A model generated the notes under the pieces. It did not search any database. It was not told the origin of the DNA and was given only the letters and a program-made list of their open reading frames with translations. The translations under genes and the position numbers were made by a program. From Bacteroidales bacterium (GTDB taxonomy: Bacteria > Bacteroidota > Bacteroidia > Bacteroidales > 4484-276), in assembly GCA_014860585.1 (NCBI GenBank), contig JACZJL010000143.1, positions 2,543 through 66,542 of the forward strand: a stretch of DNA of 64,000 nucleotides, given 5' to 3'. Shown one piece after another: positions 57,519 to 64,000 of the stretch. The number at the start of each line of letters is the position of its first letter. Position 1 is the first letter of the stretch.

Positions 57519-58532
57519 ATGAAAAAATATTATCTGTTAAGCTTTATTGCCATTTGGTTCCTCACTTCCTGTTTCAAGGAGGAAGACCCTGTTAAACCAT
57601 TTGACCGCGGCGACAGGCAGACTGCAACCATCGAAATGACCAATGACTACATTTTCCAGGTTTACTTTGATCTGGACAAGGGGGTTGAGGTGTCCACCAA
57701 CCAGAAAAATGACTACGATCTCGCATTTGATTCTTCAACGGAGGGATCAACTATTCTGGTGAATACATCCATATTTATGCAAGCCGCCCTGACGGATAAA
57801 ACCACAATGGACGAGGTAACAAGCGCATCCGGTTTGGATTTCCGGTTCGACGCATCAAGTGGGAATCCCGACTCGACGGCCATCGGGAAATGGTTTGCTA
57901 TACATGAAACGGATACAATTTTCCCTGGATTCGTGTATGTTATTAACCGGGGGATTGATTTAGCCGGCAACCCGTTAGGATTTAAAAAAATAATTTTCAC
58001 AGGGATGGAAAACCAAACCTATCATTTCCAGTATGCCGATCTTGATGGCAGCAACCACCAGGTTGGAAATATTACCAAAAGACCAGGTTATAATTTCGTC
58101 TATTATTCGTTCGATACAAAAGACGAAATCTCTACTCTTGAGCCTGAAAGAGATCAATACTCTTTACTTTTTACGCAATATACTACCCTGCTTTTCACGG
58201 ATGTGGGTGATCCCTATCCCTACCTGGTAACCGGGGTATTATTGAACAGATTTCAAACTTTGGCTGCATTGGTTCAGGATCGCAGTTTTGATGAAATTGA
58301 TCTTGGATTTGCCACCGGTTTAGAACTTTCCAGTCAAAATGACCGGATCGGCTATGACTGGAAAGAGGTGAAGGGCGACCTCGAAGGTGGGAATGTATTT
58401 TACGAGGTCTGGTCAGATTACAATTATATTATCCGCGATCACCAGGGTTTTTATTTCAAAATGCGTTTTGTTGGCTTTTACAACCAGCAGGGCGAAAAAG
58501 GTTACCCGACTTTCGAATTTCAGCGCCTTTAG
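57519..58532 (+). CDS. HmuY-like lipoprotein
   Basis: 337 aa. The lipobox is FLTSC and the HmuY-like segment is VYFDLDKGVEVSTNQKNDYDLAFDS. It starts 9 nt after the receptor gene. Confidence 0.45.
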   Translation: MKKYYLLSFIAIWFLTSCFKEEDPVKPFDRGDRQTATIEMTNDYIFQVYFDLDKGVEVSTNQKNDYDLAFDSSTEGSTILVNTSIFMQAALTDKTTMDEVTSASGLDFRFDASSGNPDSTAIGKWFAIHETDTIFPGFVYVINRGIDLAGNPLGFKKIIFTGMENQTYHFQYADLDGSNHQVGNITKRPGYNFVYYSFDTKDEISTLEPERDQYSLLFTQYTTLLFTDVGDPYPYLVTGVLLNRFQTLAALVQDRSFDEIDLGFATGLELSSQNDRIGYDWKEVKGDLEGGNVFYEVWSDYNYIIRDHQGFYFKMRFVGFYNQQGEKGYPTFEFQRL

Positions 58533-58589
58533 CAGGTTAAGAATTTGACATTAATAATCTATCCCATACCTTTTTTAAACTAACTTTTG

Positions 58590-58597
58590 TAGTTTTG
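58590..58597 (+). promoter_or_regulatory. -7 promoter box TAGTTTTG upstream of the polysaccharide genes
   Basis: Matches TAnnTTTG, 84 nt upstream of the ATG at 58681. Confidence 0.4.
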
Positions 58598-58680
58598 CAA
58601 ATCTTCCGCAGGGAAATTGCATGGGATATAATTGTTTTCAGGATTTCCAATTGATGAAGAGAATTAATTCATGAACCAGA

Positions 58681-60642
58681 ATGAACATCAGAAAATTTCT
58701 ACTTAGTTATTCAAACCGGTTTATTTCAGGGTATGTGGTTTTAGCCAGTGACATGATGATTGTTGCTGTATCCTTTGTCGCTGCCTACCTCATTCGTTTC
58801 AACTTTGTAATTACTGACATTAACCTTTGGAAACTACCTACTTTTTTACCTATTGTTTTAGTACTTTCTACGGTGGCTTTTATTCTTTCCCGTTCTTATG
58901 TCGGCATCATCCGGCATACAAGTACCGACGATGTCATCAGGATTTTCAAAGCAGTGGGCATGGTTTTTTTTACCCTCATCATACTCAATTTTCTGATTTT
59001 GCTTTACAGATGGCCGATTGCAAAGGTAATACCACTCAGTATTATCATAATCCATAGCCTTACCTCTTTGTTTTTAATGATTTTTACAAGACTTGTGGCA
59101 AAGATCATCTGGTTGAATCTGATTAAAGGCCGGAGTGAATCCACCAATGTAATTATTTATGGCGCCGGCAAGGCAGGAATACTCACGAAAAACACACTGA
59201 CGAATGACGTTGAAAATATTTACAACGTGGTGTGTTTCCTGGATGACAACCCCGGGAAAATAGGTAAAAGTATCGAGGGCGTCCCGGTCTTGGAACCTTC
59301 AGCGATTACTCCCCAATTTATCAAAAGAAAAAATATCCAGGAGGTAATCATTGCCGTTCACAATATCGACCCGGCTAAAAAACGCGAATTCGCCGATGCT
59401 TTCCTTCAGTTTAATGTCACGATAAAAAACATTCCCCCCATTGAACACTGGATAAACGGCGAACTCAAGCTGAAACAAATCCGCAGCATTCGCATCGAAG
59501 ACCTGCTGATGCGCGAACCAATCGTTTTGGACAATAACATCGTCCTTGATCAGAATAAAGACAAGGTGATATTGGTTACCGGAGCTGCAGGCAGTATTGG
59601 GAGCGAGATTGCCAGGCAACTGATGCATTGCCACGCCCGGCGCATCATCCTTTTGGATCAGGCTGAAACACCGCTGCACGAACTATCGTTAAAACTTAAA
59701 TTCACCTTTCCCGGGTATGAGGAGCGTGTTGAGATTTTCATGGCAGACATTAGTAACCCGCAGCGAATGGAGTGGGCCTTCAGTCATTTCAAACCCCAGG
59801 TGGTTTATCATGCTGCTGCTTACAAGCATGTGCCGCTGATGGAAGAAAACCCCAGTGAAGCGGTCAGGGTAATTGTTTTCGGTAGCCGCATTCTTGCCGA
59901 TGCTGCGATAAGGCATGGCGTGGAAAAGTTTGTGATGATTTCAACTGACAAGGCGGTGAAAGCAACCAATGTGATGGGCGCCGCAAAACGTATTGCTGAA
60001 ATGTATATTCAAAGCCTCAACAATCAGAATCCGGATTCAACAAAATTTATTACTACGCGCTTTGGTAATGTGCTGGGTTCGAGCGGATCGGTCATACCTC
60101 TTTTTCAAAAACAGATTGAGGAGGGAGGTCCGGTTACTGTTACTCATCCTGAGATTACCCGTTTTTTTATGACTATTCCTGAGGCGTGCCAGTTGGTTCT
60201 GGAAGCCGGTGCGATGGGGAACGGTGGTGAAATCTATATGTTTGACATGGGAAATTCAATTAAAATTGCTGATCTTGCCTCCAACATGATCCGGCTTTCG
60301 GGGCTGCAACCCGGTAAAGACATTAAGATCGTGTACACCGGTTTGAGACCCGGCGAAAAACTTTATGAAGAGTTGCTCAACAGCAGTGAAAATACTGTAC
60401 CAACCCATCACCCCAGGATTATGATTGCCAAAGTGAGCCCGCTGGATCATAACTGGATAGAAAAAAAAATTAACGAGCTTGCAGCAATCTGGCAATCCTT
60501 CGATCATTTCAAAATTGTTGGAAAGATTAAAGAAATCGTACCCGATTACCGGAGCAATAATTCAATTTACGAGTCGCTCGATGTTCCCGCTACTGCGCAG
60601 CAATCGGCCGAATTGACATCAAACCAAAAAACAGTTCAATAA
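58681..60642 (+). CDS. membrane-anchored nucleotide-sugar 4,6-dehydratase (CapD/WbpM/PglF family)
   Basis: 653 aa. Four N-terminal TM helices are followed by two Rossmann motifs (VIIYGAGKAG; VLVTGAAGSIGSE) and the SDR catalytic YHAAAYKHVP. Confidence 0.85.
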   Translation: MNIRKFLLSYSNRFISGYVVLASDMMIVAVSFVAAYLIRFNFVITDINLWKLPTFLPIVLVLSTVAFILSRSYVGIIRHTSTDDVIRIFKAVGMVFFTLIILNFLILLYRWPIAKVIPLSIIIIHSLTSLFLMIFTRLVAKIIWLNLIKGRSESTNVIIYGAGKAGILTKNTLTNDVENIYNVVCFLDDNPGKIGKSIEGVPVLEPSAITPQFIKRKNIQEVIIAVHNIDPAKKREFADAFLQFNVTIKNIPPIEHWINGELKLKQIRSIRIEDLLMREPIVLDNNIVLDQNKDKVILVTGAAGSIGSEIARQLMHCHARRIILLDQAETPLHELSLKLKFTFPGYEERVEIFMADISNPQRMEWAFSHFKPQVVYHAAAYKHVPLMEENPSEAVRVIVFGSRILADAAIRHGVEKFVMISTDKAVKATNVMGAAKRIAEMYIQSLNNQNPDSTKFITTRFGNVLGSSGSVIPLFQKQIEEGGPVTVTHPEITRFFMTIPEACQLVLEAGAMGNGGEIYMFDMGNSIKIADLASNMIRLSGLQPGKDIKIVYTGLRPGEKLYEELLNSSENTVPTHHPRIMIAKVSPLDHNWIEKKINELAAIWQSFDHFKIVGKIKEIVPDYRSNNSIYESLDVPATAQQSAELTSNQKTVQ

Positions 60643-60644
60643 TT

Positions 60645-63047
60645 ATGAAACAAAATCAAAAGAAACTCGCGAAAAAAGCACAAAAGGAACCTTTGATTAA
60701 ACCCATGGAGATGCTATTCGGGCTTGTTGTTCTTGCCTACATCTTTATTCCTACTTTCACCCCCAATTGGATGTCGCTCGATACCAACACCCCCAAGTTT
60801 TTTATGACTGCGGTGCTGAACCTTGCTGTTTTCCTTTCCTTCCTTTTTACAAGATATTTTCGTAACAACGCGCATTTTGCCAGCAGTTTCTTCACCAATC
60901 AAATCGGGTTGATTTATTCTGCTTTCCTTTTTGTAACCCTGCTTTCCTTCACACAATCAGTTAACATGCTGGAATCGGTGTTGCAATTCGCCAAGGTGTT
61001 TACCGTGTTTGCTTCGGTATTCAATCTTGCGATCATCCTGATGCACGACCTGCGTTATGTAAAACTGATTATTGTTGTCATGGCTGGCCTGTTGGTTTTC
61101 GATGCTGTATCGGTTTTCGGTAATATCAGTAAGTTTATCAGCGGGGAGATTAAGGCTATTGCAGACATTAAAACCGTTTATTCGAACAAAAATATTCTCG
61201 CTTCTGCCATTTATGTTAAGCTTCCCTTTGCCCTTTGGTTAATGGTTTTTGAAAAAAAATGGCTGAAATGGCTGGGTTGGATAGCGTTGACATTTGGTAT
61301 CACAGCCACATTTTTTATGGCTACGCGTGCCTTTTATCTTGGATTACTGGTTATTTCGATTGCATTTATTGCGTACAACCTGGTGGTGTACATCCGTCAA
61401 AAGGAGAAAAACGCACTTTGGCTGATGGGCGCCTATGTTGCAGCGTTGATGATCGCCTTTGCAGCCTTCACGTTTACCCAATCCAATTTGTACCCAAAAG
61501 CCAAGAAAAGCCGGCATACTCAGGGTGTAACCCAGCAACTGGCTTCTATAAGAGAATTTGATACATCCACCGGATTGCGAATTGATGCCTGGCGTTGGTC
61601 TTGGGAACTATTTAAAGAAAAACCGCTTCTCGGTGTGGGAAGCGGCAACTGGAAAGTGACGATCTTAAAACATGAAAACCAGAAGAATGCAGGATTTATC
61701 TATCTTTACAAAGCCCACAACGACTTCATCGAAATTACTGCCGAGACCGGTATTTTTGGCGGATTATTATTTCTTGGCCTGTTTGTCATGATCATGTGGC
61801 GATTCCTTCATCATTATTACCTAAGGGAAGAAGACCCCGAGCATCTTCACCAGTTTTTGTTTTTGGCTGCAGCAGGAATGACATTTTATGCCGTTGATGC
61901 ATTTTTCAACTTTCCGATCGACCGCCCTGAAATCACTGCGCTGTTTGCTGTTTTTGTTTCTACAGGAATTGCTGCTACTTTCCGTCATAAGGAAATGACC
62001 ATCAGCAAAGAGATCAAGGCTGAGACAAAACCGGGTATTTTTTCAAACATTTTTCTGAGTGCCGGCATCATCACCATCTCCATTGTTATCCTTGCAGCCT
62101 CCTCCTGGATTTTGTACCTGAACTTCCAATCTTCTATCACCCAGCGGATTGTTTACCAGGAGATCATGGGGGGTAAACTTAAAGAGCCCTCTGCAAAAAT
62201 CATTAGCGGATTTCCCCGGATTCCAGACGTAAGCGTTTGGGGCGAATCCATTGAGACACTGAAAGCAAGGTATTTAATCAATGAGGAGAAAAATGAAGAA
62301 GCTATTGAAGTGCTCCGCAAAGACTTTTCCAGTCCGTGGGATGCCCGAAGGGAATTTTTTATGGCCATGGCTTTCAATAGTTTAAAAGAATACGACAGCG
62401 CGCTTTATTATTCCGAAATTGCCCTAAAACTAAAACCTAACTATTTCAGGAACATACAACTGGCCGCTTCATTGCTTGAGAGGAAGGGAGAAAATGACAA
62501 AGTGGCCGATCTTTATAATGAATTCCTTGCAAAAAATAAAAAGGAAAGCCAGGCCTGGTTATATGCCAGCAACTTTTACTTTAAAAATGATGATTTATTG
62601 AAAGCCAGAGAAACCATTGATGAAGGAATAAAATATCATCGCAAAGATACACTGATGCAAAAACAACAGCGATTTCTGCATCACAAATTAGACATAGAGC
62701 CCCATTTACCCATTTTCAACAAGGCCTCAGAATTTTACCAGGCCAAAAAATATGCCCAGGCGGTCGAGCAGATGAATGAATTTCTCAAACTGGTGCCGGA
62801 CTATTCCAATGCTTACCAGATTAGGTCTTTCTCTTATTATTACCTGAAAGAGTACAAAAAAAGCATAGCCGATGCCGACCGTGCACTCGAATTGGGGCCT
62901 GTAAATCCTTCACTGATCAACCTTCGAGGGGTGTGTAAACTCGACATCAAGGAAAAAGAGGAGGCTTGTAAAGACTTTAAAAAAGCAATGGAGCTGGGAG
63001 ATAAGAGCGGGAAGACGAATTATGAGCGGTTTTGCGGGCAACAATAG
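60645..63047 (+). CDS. O-antigen ligase (Wzy_C)-like polytopic membrane protein fused to a C-terminal TPR domain
   Basis: 800 aa with about 10 or more TM helices. It has the ligase-type loop AHNDFIEITAETGIFGG and a C-terminal region of about 300 aa with TPR-like repeats. It starts 2 nt after the previous stop. Confidence 0.7.
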   Translation: MKQNQKKLAKKAQKEPLIKPMEMLFGLVVLAYIFIPTFTPNWMSLDTNTPKFFMTAVLNLAVFLSFLFTRYFRNNAHFASSFFTNQIGLIYSAFLFVTLLSFTQSVNMLESVLQFAKVFTVFASVFNLAIILMHDLRYVKLIIVVMAGLLVFDAVSVFGNISKFISGEIKAIADIKTVYSNKNILASAIYVKLPFALWLMVFEKKWLKWLGWIALTFGITATFFMATRAFYLGLLVISIAFIAYNLVVYIRQKEKNALWLMGAYVAALMIAFAAFTFTQSNLYPKAKKSRHTQGVTQQLASIREFDTSTGLRIDAWRWSWELFKEKPLLGVGSGNWKVTILKHENQKNAGFIYLYKAHNDFIEITAETGIFGGLLFLGLFVMIMWRFLHHYYLREEDPEHLHQFLFLAAAGMTFYAVDAFFNFPIDRPEITALFAVFVSTGIAATFRHKEMTISKEIKAETKPGIFSNIFLSAGIITISIVILAASSWILYLNFQSSITQRIVYQEIMGGKLKEPSAKIISGFPRIPDVSVWGESIETLKARYLINEEKNEEAIEVLRKDFSSPWDARREFFMAMAFNSLKEYDSALYYSEIALKLKPNYFRNIQLAASLLERKGENDKVADLYNEFLAKNKKESQAWLYASNFYFKNDDLLKARETIDEGIKYHRKDTLMQKQQRFLHHKLDIEPHLPIFNKASEFYQAKKYAQAVEQMNEFLKLVPDYSNAYQIRSFSYYYLKEYKKSIADADRALELGPVNPSLINLRGVCKLDIKEKEEACKDFKKAMELGDKSGKTNYERFCGQQ

Positions 63048-63056
63048 CAGGGGATA

Positions 63057-64000
63057 TTAAAGACGGGATTCGGTCGGGTTATCGTTGTTACGAATTTTGG
63101 ACCTGACAGCAAATCGCAGTGTGAGATAAACCGCTGATACGATAAGGATGAATAAAAGAAAAATTGGAAAGTTCATCATATCGTTGAGGATGAGATAAAC
63201 GACCAGCAGGTTAATGACCAATTGGGCAACTGCATAGAGAATAGAAACCTTGATATGCGGCCATTTCATCTCATTGGAAAGCAACTGGTAAAGGTGGGAG
63301 CGGTGCGCCTTAAATATGTTCTCATGCCGCAACAGGCGGAAAAAAATGGTAAATGCACTGTCGAGACCATACACAGAAAAAAGCAGTATATATTCATAGC
63401 GACCGGTTTCAAGGATCAGTGTAAGGAGCATCCAAACCAGCAAAAAAGCCATGCTTATGCTTCCCACATCACCGGCAAAAGTCCTTGCACGCTTCCGGGC
63501 ATTGAAGTAGCTGAACATGACAGCCGAAATGATCAATACTACAATCAACCCTTCATCGAAAAAAGGATAAAACTGATTGAGGACAAGAAAAGTCGCCAGG
63601 GCTGCCATGCTGTAAAATGGTGTGATGGCGTTGATACCATCCATAAAATTAAAGGCATTGATCCAATAAACCGCTAAAATTATGGCAATTACTGCATAAT
63701 ACCAAGGCAGGTGCTGAGCTTCCAACTCAGCCATCAAAAGAATGACTGCCACAAATTGTACCGGCATCCGAACGCTCCCTGGCAGCGGGTTCAGGTCATC
63801 GGTAAAACTGATGATTGCAACCAGGATTAAACCCGCAATTGCCCACACCTGATGAAACCCGTAAAAGGTAAACCAAAGCAGCGCCGCAACCGGGAAAATT
63901 ACACCCCCACCGCGAATGGTGATGTAACTGTGCGAACTCCGCTCATTGGGCTTGTCAATGATGCTGAACCGGTCGGCAATCCTGAAATAGACAAGGATTG
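63057..64000 (-). CDS. glycosyltransferase family 4 polyprenyl-phosphate sugar-1-phosphate transferase (WecA/WbpL/MraY family); the N-terminus lies beyond the window end
   Basis: The track ORF begins at an internal GTG (63848). Hand translation further upstream stays in frame: ...IDKPNERSSHSYITIRGGGVIFPVAALLWFTFYGFHQVWAIAGL... This is the family signature. The protein is polytopic throughout and convergent with the ligase gene, with a 9-nt gap. Confidence 0.75.
   Translation of the reverse strand, partial: ILVYFRIADRFSIIDKPNERSSHSYITIRGGGVIFPVAALLWFTFYGFHQVWAIAGLILVAIISFTDDLNPLPGSVRMPVQFVAVILLMAELEAQHLPWYYAVIAIILAVYWINAFNFMDGINAITPFYSMAALATFLVLNQFYPFFDEGLIVVLIISAVMFSYFNARKRARTFAGDVGSISMAFLLVWMLLTLILETGRYEYILLFSVYGLDSAFTIFFRLLRHENIFKAHRSHLYQLLSNEMKWPHIKVSILYAVAQLVINLLVVYLILNDMMNFPIFLLFILIVSAVYLTLRFAVRSKIRNNDNPTESRL

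Noticed and set aside
1-64000. Search for tRNA, rRNA, CRISPR arrays, IS elements, integrases, toxin-antitoxin or restriction/defence genes
   Set aside because: No intergenic gap contains a cloverleaf-like or repeat-spacer pattern. No ORF shows transposase, integrase, nuclease, helicase or methyltransferase defence signatures. The only small RHH protein is embedded in the SPFH operon, not next to a toxin-like gene.

Overview
This is a chromosomal, mostly housekeeping segment of a Bacteroidota (Bacteroidetes) genome. The taxonomic call rests on four things read from the sequence: gld genes (gldA; ssb-gldE-gldD synteny), T9SS-type C-terminal sorting domains, TonB-dependent receptors with carboxypeptidase-regulatory-like N-termini, and a recurrent TAnnTTTG -7 promoter box 20-50 nt upstream of many start codons. 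I call 48 protein-coding genes, two of them cut by the window edges. I see no rRNA, tRNA, CRISPR array, transposase, integrase or phage gene. Core genes include fabD, nfeD, prfA, murA, grpE-dnaJ, prmA, plsY, dnaN, metK, greA, nadB, secG, groES-groEL, ssb, trxB and an LPS/O-antigen module at the right end. The best candidate for an undescribed system is the block 22825-37033. It holds a beta-propeller/Y_Y_Y sensor fused to a LytS-type kinase, plus a LytTR response regulator. Next comes a perfect 9-bp direct repeat with a 12-bp spacer, which is the classic LytTR operator geometry. An operon follows, encoding a small membrane protein, an oversized (1254 aa) TonB-dependent-type barrel, a 1468-aa secreted giant with an atypical T9SS-like C-terminal domain, and a PorV/PorQ-like barrel. 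There is no SusD-like partner and no enzyme motif I recognise. Second candidate: a tightly coupled SPFH - ribbon-helix-helix (Arc-like) - GPP34/GOLPH3-like operon (49581-51285, minus strand) with three TGATA repeats phased at 11 bp over its promoter/leader. Other observations: (1) a 20-nt motif TTGGCA-N-AA(A/T)TT.. shared by the upstream regions of grpE-dnaJ, groES-groEL and trxB; (2) a terminator-like hairpin downstream of the only consensus promoter of greA, i.e. a leader terminator; (3) a TonB-dependent receptor flanked by two HmuY-like paralogues, one carrying a T9SS sorting domain; (4) MurA with Asp at the fosfomycin-target Cys position; (5) a 1510-aa orphan envelope protein abutting plsY. 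All family assignments come from motif recognition by eye, with no database search, and all coordinates were counted by hand.
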